40,000 nucleotides of DNA from Bifidobacterium breve (lineage in GTDB: Bacteria > Actinomycetota > Actinomycetes > Nanopelagicales > Nanopelagicaceae). The translations under genes and the position numbers were made by a program. The stretch lies in the NCBI GenBank assembly GCA_945881945.1, contig CAMCVO010000008.1, positions 24,461-64,460 of the forward strand. The letters run 5' to 3'. Below are positions 17,466-27,051 of this stretch, in pieces. Positions within the stretch are counted from its first letter, which is position 1, and every line of letters begins with the position of its first letter. The notes below the pieces were generated by a model that was not told the DNA's origin, made no database searches, and saw only the letters and a list, made by a program, of their open reading frames with translations.

Positions 17466-20126
17466 GTGGGTTTATTAGACAAGATTTTGCGTGCGGGCGA
17501 AGGCAAAGCTGTTAAACAGCTAGCAAAAATTGCACTAGAGGTTAATAGATTTGAAAATCAAATAGCATCATTAGATGATGAGAAGCTACAAAGTAAAACT
17601 GCAGAGTTTAAATCGCGGTATGAGAATGGCGAAACTCTAGATTCTATTTTGCCTGAAGCCTTTGCCGTTGTACGAGAAGCAGCAAAACGAACTCTGGGGC
17701 AACGTCATTATGATGTACAAGTGATGGGTGGTGCTGCACTTCACCGAGGAAATATTTCAGAAATGAAAACTGGTGAGGGCAAAACCTTAGTTTCAACCCT
17801 ACCGGCATATTTAAATGCTCTTACTGGCAAAGGTGTCCACATTGTTACTGTCAATGATTATTTAGCAGAGCGTGATAGTGAATGGATGGGTCGGGTTCAT
17901 AGATTTCTTGGTCTAAAAGTAGGAGTAATCCTTGCCAGCATGTCATCTTCTGAACGGCGTGATGCATACGCAGCAGATATAACTTATGGCACCAACAATG
18001 AGTTCGGGTTTGATTATTTGCGAGACAACATGGCATGGAGTTTGGCAGATTGTGTGCAGCGTGATCATAACTTTGCAATTGTTGATGAGGTTGACTCAAT
18101 CTTGATTGATGAGGCACGAACTCCGCTTATTATTTCTGGGCCGGCAGATAAACCAACTAAGTGGTATGTCGAGTTTGCTAATTTGGTAGCAAAACTAAAT
18201 CTTGGTCAACATTACGAAGTGGATACAAAAAAGCGAACAGTTGGTATTTTAGAAGAGGGAGTAACTCGGGTTGAAGAAGCGCTAGGAATTGAAAACCTCT
18301 ATGAGGCAGTAAATACTCCAATGATCGGATATCTAAATAATGCGATTCGGGCTAAAGAATTGTTTAAGCGAGACAAAGATTATGTAGTAATGAACGGCGA
18401 GCTGCTAATTGTTGATGAACATACCGGTCGAATGCTTGCTGGCCGGCGTTATAGCGAGGGATTACACCAAGCTCTAGAGGCTAAAGAGCGGATTGAAATC
18501 CAAAATGAGAATCAAACATTGGCGACAATCACCCTACAGAACTACTTCCGCTTATATAAAAAATTAAGCGGCATGACCGGTACCGCAATGACTGAAGCTT
18601 CGGAGTTCATGCAAATATATAAATTAGGTGTTATTCCAATTCCAACGAACAAAGATATGCAAAGAATTGATCAATCCGACTTAATTTACAAATCTGAGGC
18701 CGGTAAATTTGTCGCAGTAGCAGATGACATAGTTGAGCGACATAAAAAAGGGCAACCAGTATTGGTTGGAACAGTCAGTGTTGAGAAATCAGAAGAGCTG
18801 TCTGCAATTTTGAAAAAGCGTGGCATTCCTCACGAAGTATTGAACGCTAAGCAACATGAACGAGAAGCAGCGATTATTGCTCGTGCTGGCACAGTTGGTG
18901 CGGTCACAGTTGCAACTAATATGGCCGGCCGTGGAACGGACATTATGCTTGGCGGTAATCCAGAATTTATGGCAGATTTTGAGTTACAACGTAAAGGATT
19001 GAATCCAGTTGATTCACCACAAGAGTATGAAAAAGCTTGGCCAAGTGAGATTGAAAAACAAAAAGCAGCGGTGGTAAAAGAGCATGAATCGGTAGTTTCA
19101 TTAGGTGGCTTATATGTTTTGGGTACCGAACGCCATGAATCTCGACGTATTGATAACCAGCTTCGAGGTCGTTCTGGCCGTCAAGGTGATCCAGGAGAAT
19201 CAAGATTTTATTTATCTCTGCAAGATGAGTTAATGCGCAGATTTAACTCTGGTTTAGTTGAAAGATTCTTGGGTGCCGCTGGCATGCCAGAGGAAACCCC
19301 ACTGGAGTCAAAGATTGTTAGTAATGCAATCAAATCTGCTCAAACTCAGGTTGAGTCGTTAAATTTTGAAATGCGTAAGAATGTTTTGAAGTACGACGAT
19401 GTGATGAATAAACAGCGAACAGTTGTATATTCGGAAAGACGTGAAGTTTTAGAAGGTGTTGATATTAAGGAGCTAGTTGAAGTCTCACTGAAAGAGACAA
19501 TTACCGCTTATGTAAATTCAGCAACACAGACAGGCGTGGCTGAGGATTGGGATCTAAAAACTCTATGGAATGCCCTAAGGACTCTGTATCCAATCTCCTT
19601 TACTTCTGAGCAGATGCTGTCTGAAATTGGCGGGGCTGTTGCATTAGATAATGATTATTTGCTGGAGAGAATTTTGGAAGATTCAAGACAAGCATATGAA
19701 AAGCGCGAATCGGAATTAACCCCTACCGTAATGCGGGAGCTTGAGCGAAAAATTCTGCTTTCAGTCCTAGACCGTAAGTGGCGTGAGCATCTTTATGAAA
19801 TGGACTACTTACAAGAGGGGATTGGCTTGCGCGCAATGGCTCAGCGAGATCCACTTGTTGAATATCAGCGGGAAGGCTTTGATTTATTTTCAGCGATGAT
19901 GGAGGCTGTTAAAGAAGAGCTTGTCAGTTTTGTTTTCAATGTTGAAGTCCAAGTGGAAGGTGATCAGGTTGGTGCAAAAGGATTAACTCCTGCGCCCGCG
20001 CCGATTGCAGCACTTCAATACTCTGATGCTGAGACTAAGCCAACTGTTGCTGGTGGAACTTCAAAAAATGCCCCTTGTCCATGTGGCTCTGGTAAGAAAT
20101 ACAAGAGATGTCATGGGGAAATTTAA
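17466..20126 (+). CDS. secA: preprotein translocase ATPase SecA
   Basis: 'MKTGEGKT' Walker A, DEAD-like '[19 protein letters not shown]', and the C-terminal zinc motif '[14 protein letters not shown]'. Confidence 0.97.
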   Translation: MGLLDKILRAGEGKAVKQLAKIALEVNRFENQIASLDDEKLQSKTAEFKSRYENGETLDSILPEAFAVVREAAKRTLGQRHYDVQVMGGAALHRGNISEMKTGEGKTLVSTLPAYLNALTGKGVHIVTVNDYLAERDSEWMGRVHRFLGLKVGVILASMSSSERRDAYAADITYGTNNEFGFDYLRDNMAWSLADCVQRDHNFAIVDEVDSILIDEARTPLIISGPADKPTKWYVEFANLVAKLNLGQHYEVDTKKRTVGILEEGVTRVEEALGIENLYEAVNTPMIGYLNNAIRAKELFKRDKDYVVMNGELLIVDEHTGRMLAGRRYSEGLHQALEAKERIEIQNENQTLATITLQNYFRLYKKLSGMTGTAMTEASEFMQIYKLGVIPIPTNKDMQRIDQSDLIYKSEAGKFVAVADDIVERHKKGQPVLVGTVSVEKSEELSAILKKRGIPHEVLNAKQHEREAAIIARAGTVGAVTVATNMAGRGTDIMLGGNPEFMADFELQRKGLNPVDSPQEYEKAWPSEIEKQKAAVVKEHESVVSLGGLYVLGTERHESRRIDNQLRGRSGRQGDPGESRFYLSLQDELMRRFNSGLVERFLGAAGMPEETPLESKIVSNAIKSAQTQVESLNFEMRKNVLKYDDVMNKQRTVVYSERREVLEGVDIKELVEVSLKETITAYVNSATQTGVAEDWDLKTLWNALRTLYPISFTSEQMLSEIGGAVALDNDYLLERILEDSRQAYEKRESELTPTVMRELERKILLSVLDRKWREHLYEMDYLQEGIGLRAMAQRDPLVEYQREGFDLFSAMMEAVKEELVSFVFNVEVQVEGDQVGAKGLTPAPAPIAALQYSDAETKPTVAGGTSKNAPCPCGSGKKYKRCHGEI

Positions 20127-20581
20127 ATCAAATTTAAATCAGTGCAGATCCATCGCTTGTCTACTCCTTCAAGTCTTAAAGAAAGTGATCTAACTCGGTC
20201 AATAACTCGCAAAGTTACGGTAACTTCAACTACCCCTTCAATGGGTTGGTTTAAATAGATCTTCCTGATCTGACATTTTTGTGTTGCGGCGCTCACGTGC
20301 TCAAGGATTTGCTTTTGTGCAGAACGGTGACAATTACCAGATAACTGAGAGATTGATCTTCGACCAGACCAAACCTCAATTACTCTAATTACAAAAGATT
20401 CACACCACCTGCTTACCTCAGGAAGCTCAGATAAACCTGACGGTATTGGTGAGAACTTTGGGTGTAACCACTCAATACCAAACTCTTTATCAACTGCTGG
20501 AACCAGGTAGAGCTTATTTTTCAAAACCTTTTCGGTAGAGATTACAGTTTGGTTATTTGTCATAACCAGATCCTTGATCAT
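20123..20581 (-). CDS. Rv3235-family protein
   Basis: '[12 protein letters not shown]' and the C-terminal '[17 protein letters not shown]' resemble the Rv3235-family signature. It is convergent with secA, as in many actinobacteria (recalled). Confidence 0.65.
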   Translation of the reverse strand: MIKDLVMTNNQTVISTEKVLKNKLYLVPAVDKEFGIEWLHPKFSPIPSGLSELPEVSRWCESFVIRVIEVWSGRRSISQLSGNCHRSAQKQILEHVSAATQKCQIRKIYLNQPIEGVVEVTVTLRVIDRVRSLSLRLEGVDKRWICTDLNLI

Positions 20582-20594
20582 TAGATTTGGTGCC

Positions 20595-20616
20595 AGATCA
20601 TCCGTTCGGATGATCT
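20595..20616. promoter_or_regulatory. 22-bp perfect palindrome (10+10 arms, TT centre) in a divergent promoter region
   Basis: AGATCATCCG-TT-CGGATGATCT lies between the starts of the Rv3235-family gene (-) and the SAF-domain gene (+). Confidence 0.35.
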
Positions 20617-20648
20617 TTTATCTTTGTGACTACTGGTAAAAAGTTAGA

Positions 20649-21242
20649 ATGAAAATTTCAAAAATTGATGTGTTTAGAAACTCAAGGCTTGCGATGGGTC
20701 TAGCACTATTTATAGTTGCATTAACTGCCGCCAGTCTTATTTCTAAGGAGGCCAATAGAACCGTTTTGGTTTGGGCTTCGACCGGTGATCTTGCACCTGG
20801 TCAAATTGTTATGCAATCTGACATTACACCCGTATCAGTTTTACTGGCGCAATCTGCAAAAAATTATTTGTCCTCCTCAGCCGAGATTGTTGGTACTACG
20901 GTCTTAACAAAGATCTCAATGGGAGATTTAATTCCAGGCTCGGCTATTGGTGCTGGTAGTAACTTTGTAAATCAAAGACTCTTCCCATTAACGGTAGCAC
21001 TCTCTGATATTCCTATCTCCCTAGCTAGAGGTGATGTAATTGATCTTTATGCACTTAATGCATCAAATGCTAAGGAGTTGGTTGCTCCAGTGTTGCTTGG
21101 CTCTAGTATTTCCGTCGAGCAAGTTCTTGAGCGTAATAATTCAGGAGTCGTCAGTGTTCTAGTAATCCTTGAAAATGAAGAGATACTTCCCATATTAAAT
21201 TTTTTAGGCGATAGTAGATTAATAATTGTTAGAACTCGCTGA
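20649..21242 (+). CDS. SAF-domain protein (CpaB/RcpC-like N-terminus), membrane anchored
   Basis: N-terminal TM, then 'VLVWASTGDLAPGQIVMQSDITPVSV...IVGTTVLTKISMGDLI', typical of SAF domains in Flp-pilus CpaB proteins. Confidence 0.6.
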   Translation: MKISKIDVFRNSRLAMGLALFIVALTAASLISKEANRTVLVWASTGDLAPGQIVMQSDITPVSVLLAQSAKNYLSSSAEIVGTTVLTKISMGDLIPGSAIGAGSNFVNQRLFPLTVALSDIPISLARGDVIDLYALNASNAKELVAPVLLGSSISVEQVLERNNSGVVSVLVILENEEILPILNFLGDSRLIIVRTR

Positions 21243-22161
21243 GCCTCGTTTAAAAATAATCACTGCAATTAGCAATAGTGAGCAAGAGGGAGCTGTAGTA
21301 ACGCTACTGCATTCACAAGGTTGCAACATAATTTACCGTGCCTTGAATTATTCAATACTTTTGAATTATCTGGCACAAAATGAAATTGATGTTTGCGTTC
21401 TTTACTCATTGTCGTTCGCTGAACTTAAAGAAATGAATAACTTGCAACACAAGTATGTAAACCATAGATTTATTGAAGTCAATGAAAAGATTGATCACCT
21501 GCAATTGATAAATCAGCTAACTGCTCTGCAAAGGCCATCACTTATCTACCGACCAAAAAGAGTTAATAATGTGGTCTCAGTTTTTGGAACCCCAGCCTCG
21601 CCAGGGATTTCAACTCTGACTAACCACCTAGCAAGACTAAAGTCTGCAAAAATAATTGCCGCAACACATGGGAATATTCGTCCTGAGACGGTAGTGACTG
21701 TTGACAAGATTTCGGCGCATGAGTTGGATCAAAAACTTGCTAATCTCGGTAATGAAATAACAATCATTGACGCTGGTGCAACACTGTCGCTAACGAAAAC
21801 TCTATCTGACCGACGCGGTACAGCTCATTGGCTAAATCTGAGTCTTACTTGTTCGGCGAAAATTATTTATGTGACCGCTGCAAGTATAAATGGACTTTCC
21901 TATTTAGCTGAATTTATTAATGACTTTAAAAACTTGATAAATCCACCTCAGATAATCTACGTATTAAATCAGCATCGGATTGACCGGCAAGGGCAAATAC
22001 TTCAGAAAAAATTCATTGAGCTAGCTGGTCCGGTAAGCAATCTATTAATTCCATTTGAACGCAGGATAGATAGTTTGCAGGTAGGCACTCAGCACGGTAT
22101 GGGATTTTGGCGCAGCAACACATTCACTAGGCAGGTTGAAAAAATATCCAATCAACTGTGA
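21226..22161 (+). CDS. ParA/MinD-fold TadZ/CpaE/Ssd-like protein with a degenerate P-loop
   Basis: 'VVSVFGTPASPGISTLTNHLA' sits where the deviant Walker A (KGGxGKT/S) belongs, and there is no Lys. 'ITIIDAG' is Walker-B-like and 'IIYVTAAS...IIYVLNQ' is MinD-like. The N-terminal ~100 aa resemble a receiver-like domain. TTG start overlaps the upstream gene by 17 nt. Confidence 0.45.
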   Translation: MLELAEPRLKIITAISNSEQEGAVVTLLHSQGCNIIYRALNYSILLNYLAQNEIDVCVLYSLSFAELKEMNNLQHKYVNHRFIEVNEKIDHLQLINQLTALQRPSLIYRPKRVNNVVSVFGTPASPGISTLTNHLARLKSAKIIAATHGNIRPETVVTVDKISAHELDQKLANLGNEITIIDAGATLSLTKTLSDRRGTAHWLNLSLTCSAKIIYVTAASINGLSYLAEFINDFKNLINPPQIIYVLNQHRIDRQGQILQKKFIELAGPVSNLLIPFERRIDSLQVGTQHGMGFWRSNTFTRQVEKISNQL

Positions 22162-22185
22162 TGGTGAGGCTCTACCATTGAGCCT

Positions 22186-23652
22186 ATGGCCACTATCTCT
22201 GATTTGATAACTGAGAATTCAAATTTGAATGCGAACGAAGTTGAGCATCTTTCCGAATTAGTAGCCGAATGGCGACTGTTGGCTGATTTATCATTTGCAG
22301 ATTTATTGCTTTGGTTACCAATTCGCCGTGATGAAAAATCTTGGCCAGAAGGACATTTAGTTATTGCACAAATCAGGCCAACCACCGCAGCTACGATATT
22401 TGCAGATGATCTGGTTGGCACCACAATTAATTGGGGGCAGCGACCACTAGTTGATCAAGCCCTATCTGAAGGTGAAATTATCAAAGACACCAAACCTGAA
22501 TTAGTTGGGCAAACTCTTATTAAAGAGGAGACAATTCCTGTAATTTTCAATGGAAGAATTCTGGCAGTTGTTTCCAGGCACCGAAACGCAGATTTAATGC
22601 GACAACCTTCAAAGCTGGAATTAAATTATAGAGAGATCGCCCACAAGATATATAAAATGGTCGCTGAAGGAAATTTCCCAATTAGAAATTCTTTGTATAG
22701 CTCAGAGTCATCTCCAAGAGTTGGAGATGGGTTGATCAGATTAGATGTGAATGGCGTAATATTTTTTGCTTCTCCAAATGCTAGATCAGCTTTAAGTAGA
22801 ATTGGTTTTCATCGGGAGCTTGAGGGTGAAAATCTAGGGGCAGTATTCTCAAATTTAAATAAGGGAGATAATCAGCCGACAGATGAATCATGGCAAACCG
22901 TACTTAATGGTAAGTCTCTGCGACGAGTTGAGTATGAAAGCCAGTCTGCAGTACTAGACATTTTAGTTATTCCATTAACTGAAGGTAATGATCGAATAGG
23001 CGCCATCGTGCTAGTACACAACATAACTGAACTTCGTTATAGGGACCGAGCCCTAGTTACAAAAGATGCAACTATTAAAGAAATTCACCATCGGGTAAAG
23101 AACAATTTACAAACTGTCTCAGCATTGCTTCGGTTACAAGCTAGGCGTGTAACCGACCCGATTGCCATATCTGCCCTTGATGAAGCAGTACGTCGGGTGG
23201 CATCTATTGCACTTGTCCATGAGACGTTATCTAATCAATCTTCAGAGTATGTTGAATTTGATTTGGTATTCGAACAAATCATTAAGAATGCTTTAAATCT
23301 TAATCCTAGGATTATTGCTTACAAAAAAATGGGAGTTTTTGGATCTTTTGACTCAAAAACTGCCACGGCACTCTCACTGGTAATTACTGAATTAATTCAT
23401 AATGCATTAGAGCATGGACTTAATGAATCTGGAGATGAGTTGACTGTCGAAATCAACAAAAACGGTAACCAATACCAAGTAAGTATTTGTGACAATGGCC
23501 CTGGGTTACCTAGAGACTTCAGTATTGAAAAGTCAGCTAATTTAGGTTTGCAAATAGCTAATACACTGACGAAAAATGAATTGAATGGCAGTATAAACTT
23601 AGTCAGGGTTGGAAACTTAACTCGAGGAGATATCTCCTTCGAAACACATTAA
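22186..23652 (+). CDS. pdtaS: PdtaS-type cytoplasmic sensor histidine kinase (GAF/PAS-HisKA_2-HATPase)
   Basis: H-box 'IHHRVKNNLQTVSALLRLQ', no TM segments, about 490 aa. Adjacent and convergent to whiB1, as for Rv3220c/Rv3219. Confidence 0.8.
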   Translation: MATISDLITENSNLNANEVEHLSELVAEWRLLADLSFADLLLWLPIRRDEKSWPEGHLVIAQIRPTTAATIFADDLVGTTINWGQRPLVDQALSEGEIIKDTKPELVGQTLIKEETIPVIFNGRILAVVSRHRNADLMRQPSKLELNYREIAHKIYKMVAEGNFPIRNSLYSSESSPRVGDGLIRLDVNGVIFFASPNARSALSRIGFHRELEGENLGAVFSNLNKGDNQPTDESWQTVLNGKSLRRVEYESQSAVLDILVIPLTEGNDRIGAIVLVHNITELRYRDRALVTKDATIKEIHHRVKNNLQTVSALLRLQARRVTDPIAISALDEAVRRVASIALVHETLSNQSSEYVEFDLVFEQIIKNALNLNPRIIAYKKMGVFGSFDSKTATALSLVITELIHNALEHGLNESGDELTVEINKNGNQYQVSICDNGPGLPRDFSIEKSANLGLQIANTLTKNELNGSINLVRVGNLTRGDISFETH

Positions 23653-23918
23653 AAAGAGTTTTGATTTTCCATCTGGCGAGCTCGATTTCTAGCAGCCCGT
23701 CGTTTCATAGCTCGTCTTTCATCTTCAGATAATCCGCCCCAAACTCCAGCATCTTGCCCGCTCTCTAGCGCCCAAGCTAAACATGGCTCTTTTACTGGAC
23801 ATCTTTCACATATCTTTTTTGCCTCTTCAATTTGAGCTAAGGCAGGGCCTGTATTACCTACCGGGAAGAAGACCTCTGGATCCTCCTCGCGACAAGCTGC
23901 TTCATGTCGCCAATCCAT
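23649..23918 (-). CDS. whiB1: WhiB1-like Fe-S transcription factor
   Basis: 'MDWRHEAACREEDPEVFFPVGNTGPALAQIEEAKKICERCPV..PC..WAL..GQD.GVWGG.SEDERRA.KRR' is nearly colinear with M. tuberculosis WhiB1. SD GAAGGAG. Confidence 0.92.
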   Translation of the reverse strand: MDWRHEAACREEDPEVFFPVGNTGPALAQIEEAKKICERCPVKEPCLAWALESGQDAGVWGGLSEDERRAMKRRAARNRARQMENQNSF

Positions 23919-24240
23919 AGGGCAGCAACTCCTTCGATAAAATAGTGTTAATTAGTAGTCAAGAAAATCAACTGTCTTATTATCTCCCTAATTTAATTAA
24001 TAAACAAGGATATTTTGCTAAGAAAATAGAATATTTCAGATTTGTAGATGAATTCAGCTGCCAATTATGCCCTTGCCTGCAGTGAAGCCAGCCACTGCAC
24101 CTTTGCAGGTTGAGGAGTTAATTCCTGAGCGAACAGGGTAAAAATCAGCTATAGGCCATGATTAGCAGTTAAAGACATCACAATTTTATTTGCTAATTTT
24201 TCATATTGCACTGCTGCAATTAATAGGGGAGAATTATCCA

Positions 24241-24774
24241 ATGAGCCAAACAGCGTATTTTGCTACAGGTTGTTTTTGGGGGGCAGAGCGCAGATTCTGG
24301 AAGCTAGATGGAGTAATTCAAACTTCTGTTGGTTATATGGGTGGAAACAAACCAGATCCAACTTATAAGGAGGTTTGTACCGGCTCCACAAATCATGCAG
24401 AGATGGTAGAGGTTATTTTTGATCCACAAGTAATTTCCTATAAAAGACTACTAGCCGAGTTTTGGGTCATGCATGATCCAACCTCGCTCAATCAGCAAGG
24501 CGGAGATATCGGAACGCAATATCGCTCAGCGATATATACCACTACCGCTGAGCAAAATCAGCAAGCATTTGATAGTAAAGAGATTTATCAAGGTGAGTTA
24601 AATGAAAATCTGATGGACAAAATTGTTACTGAAATTCTGCCTGCTACAGGAGTTACCTACTGGTTAGCAGAGGAGTATCACCAAAGATATTTAGAAAAGA
24701 ACCCAAATGGCTATGACTGTCACTCTTCAACCGGGGTGCCTTTCCCGTCAGCATTAATGAGCGATAATGGATGA
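24241..24774 (+). CDS. msrA: peptide-methionine (S)-S-oxide reductase
   Basis: The 'GCFWG' active site lies 9 aa from ATG 24241, which has SD GGGGAG. The track ORF start (TTG 24190) adds a non-conserved hydrophobic extension. Confidence 0.93.
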   Translation: MSQTAYFATGCFWGAERRFWKLDGVIQTSVGYMGGNKPDPTYKEVCTGSTNHAEMVEVIFDPQVISYKRLLAEFWVMHDPTSLNQQGGDIGTQYRSAIYTTTAEQNQQAFDSKEIYQGELNENLMDKIVTEILPATGVTYWLAEEYHQRYLEKNPNGYDCHSSTGVPFPSALMSDNG

Positions 24775-25222
24775 GATAACGCCAGTAAACTCAAAAGGTG
24801 ATCTATACAAAGTTCAGATCGATGAACAGGAGCTAGCAAGCCGGGTTGATCCTCTTTCCTTTGATGTTTTAAGAAAATCCGCAACCGAGACAGCTTTCAC
24901 AGGTGAATACACAGATACTGAAGTAGTTGGTGTTTATAAGTGCAAAGCTTGTAACGCAGAATTATTCAGATCTGACACAAAATTTCATTCAGGATGTGGC
25001 TGGCCATCTTTTTATGCGCCAACTGCGGATGATGCAGTTGAGTTAATCGAAGATCGTTCGCTTTACCCAAGAATCCGAACCGAGGTTAGATGTTCTGCTT
25101 GTGGCTCACATCTTGGTCATGTCTTTACGGGCGAGGGATATGCTGTGCCTACCGATCAAAGATGGTGTATTAATTCAGTTGCATTAGAACTAGAGGCAAA
25201 GAATCAAATTAATAACCGCTGA
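24767..25222 (+). CDS. msrB: peptide-methionine (R)-S-oxide reductase
   Basis: Zinc Cys pairs 'CKAC...' and 'CSAC', with catalytic 'RWCINS'. 8-nt overlap with msrA. Confidence 0.93.
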   Translation: MDEITPVNSKGDLYKVQIDEQELASRVDPLSFDVLRKSATETAFTGEYTDTEVVGVYKCKACNAELFRSDTKFHSGCGWPSFYAPTADDAVELIEDRSLYPRIRTEVRCSACGSHLGHVFTGEGYAVPTDQRWCINSVALELEAKNQINNR

Positions 25223-25247
25223 TTATTTAATGGGCTAGGCTTGAACA

Positions 25248-26381
25248 ATGAGCGGTGAGGTTGATCTAAGCAAGTTAACTACGGAAACTCAGGTAGTTGC
25301 TGCTGGTCGGCCGGCGAAGCAGCCAGATGGCGCACTAAATCCTCCCATTGCCCTTAACTCAACATTTCATGAAGGTGGACCGATTGGTTATGGCCGCTAT
25401 GGCAATGAAACTTGGAGTGCTTTAGAGGATGCGATATCAATCCTTGAAGGTGGAAAGTCATTAATTTTTTCATCAGGCATGGCAGCCATCAGTTCAGTTT
25501 TCTCATTACTACCGGATGGCGCGGTCGTCGTAGCTGCAAATAATGGATATCAAGGAACTACTACTTTGTTACAAAAGTTGCATGAAAGTAAAAGACTTGA
25601 GGTTAGATTTGTAAATCTAGCAAATACTGATGAGACTCTCTCTGCAATACCGGGAGCTCAGATGCTCTACCTTGAATCACCCATCAATCCACTTTTAGAG
25701 GTTGTTGATCTACCAACTGTAATTAGGGCGGGCAAGGCAGCAGGTTGTGGGGTGGCAGTTGACAACACTTTAGCAACTCCACTGTTACAAAAACCACTCA
25801 CCCTTGGCGCGGATATTGTTATTCATTCTGTTACAAAGTATCTATCTGGCCACAGTGATTTAATTTTGGGCTCTCTAAGCACAACAGATCCAGAACTTTA
25901 TGCCCGACTAGAGCAATCTCGTAGATTTGGCGGAGCAATTGCTGGACCCTTTGAAGTTTGGATTGCGTTGAGGGGAATTCGAACCTTTGCAATTCGCATG
26001 CAAAGATCTCAAGAAAATGCACTGGAGTTGGCTACGCGCTTATCTAAAGATGGAAGAATAACAAAAGTTAGATATCCAGGCTTGCCAACTGATCCATATA
26101 ATTTAATTGCCAAATCCTTTATGAAAGGATTTGGTGCAATGATCTCCTTTGATGTTAAGGGGACCGTCGATCAGGTTGATTTGATGTGTAATAGTTCAAG
26201 ATTAATTACCAATGCCACATCCTTGGGTGGGGTGGAATCAATCTGGGAGCGCCGGCGTAGGTGGGCAACTGAGAGCAAATTGGTGCCTGAAAATCTCGTT
26301 CGGTTTTCAGTTGGAATTGAAAATGTGGATGATCTTTGGGCTGATATTGAGCATGCCTTTACAGCAGCCAAAATTAAATGA
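25248..26381 (+). CDS. Cys/Met-metabolism PLP enzyme (cystathionine gamma-synthase/gamma-lyase family)
   Basis: PLP-Lys motif 'SVTKYLSGHSD', 'ESPINPLLEV' and 'SLGGVES'. The exact reaction cannot be assigned from sequence. Confidence 0.85.
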   Translation: MSGEVDLSKLTTETQVVAAGRPAKQPDGALNPPIALNSTFHEGGPIGYGRYGNETWSALEDAISILEGGKSLIFSSGMAAISSVFSLLPDGAVVVAANNGYQGTTTLLQKLHESKRLEVRFVNLANTDETLSAIPGAQMLYLESPINPLLEVVDLPTVIRAGKAAGCGVAVDNTLATPLLQKPLTLGADIVIHSVTKYLSGHSDLILGSLSTTDPELYARLEQSRRFGGAIAGPFEVWIALRGIRTFAIRMQRSQENALELATRLSKDGRITKVRYPGLPTDPYNLIAKSFMKGFGAMISFDVKGTVDQVDLMCNSSRLITNATSLGGVESIWERRRRWATESKLVPENLVRFSVGIENVDDLWADIEHAFTAAKIK

Positions 26382-26866
26382 GCTCAGTAAAAATCAGATC
26401 TGCTGAATTTTCAGATTTACCAGTAATTTTTCAGTTCATCCATGATTTAGCAAAGTATGAAAAAGCACCAAATGAGGTTGAGCTTTCACTTTCAGAATTA
26501 GAGGAATCTCTTTTTAATAAGAATCCACAGGTCTATTGTCTGATTTCAGAGCTGGATGGAAAAGCCACTGGATTTGCAGTTTGGCACTTAAATTACTCAA
26601 CCTGGTTGGGTAGGCATGGGGTTTATTTAGAGGATCTATATGTTGACCCAAAGTACCGTGGCTTAGGTCATGGAAAGGCGTTGCTTAGAAAGCTTGCTCA
26701 AATATGTATTGAGCGTGGGTATAAAAGACTGCAGTGGTGGGTTCTGGATTGGAATGAAACCGCCATTGAGTTTTATAAATCCATTGGAGCACAACCTATG
26801 GATGAGTGGACGGTATTTAGAGTTTCTGGGAGTTCACTGGAAAAACTCGCCACAGATGGAATTTAG
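26378..26866 (+). CDS. GNAT-family N-acetyltransferase (diamine/SSAT-like)
   Basis: Acetyl-CoA loop 'YRGLGHGKALLRKL' and 'QWWVLDWNETAIEFYKSIGA'. ATGA overlap with the upstream gene. Confidence 0.85.
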   Translation: MSSVKIRSAEFSDLPVIFQFIHDLAKYEKAPNEVELSLSELEESLFNKNPQVYCLISELDGKATGFAVWHLNYSTWLGRHGVYLEDLYVDPKYRGLGHGKALLRKLAQICIERGYKRLQWWVLDWNETAIEFYKSIGAQPMDEWTVFRVSGSSLEKLATDGI

Positions 26867-27051
26867 TAATACCCAAACTTAAAAGATAGTAGATTTATCC
26901 CATGATTAAAGCTCTCAAACGACTTCTTGCACTCCTTGCCGGAGTACTAGTCATATTTGGTGCAATCAAAAGTATCTTTAATTGGTTGGCCCGTTCTGAA
27001 AATGATGAGTATGAAGTATGGAGTGATGATGAAGAGAGAGAAGACGCTTAA

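Noticed and set aside
24067-24141. 24-codon ORF MPLPAVKPATAPLQVEELIPERTG as a real peptide gene
   Set aside because: It has no SD, its composition is driven by the GC-rich inverted repeats, and it cannot be distinguished from chance. It is kept only as a note inside the islet finding.
24167-24182. CRP/Cmr-type site (AGTTA-N6-TCACA) in the whiB1|msrA spacer, by analogy with CRP control of whiB1 in M. tuberculosis
   Set aside because: Only one half-site is consensus. The site lies about 250 nt from the whiB1 ATG and close to msrA. A single weak match in AT-rich DNA is not evidence.
24190-24240. TTG 24190 as the msrA start (track ORF)
   Set aside because: ATG 24241 has a good SD (GGGGAG) and places the GCFWG active site at the usual distance from the N-terminus. 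The 17-aa extension is hydrophobic and atypical.
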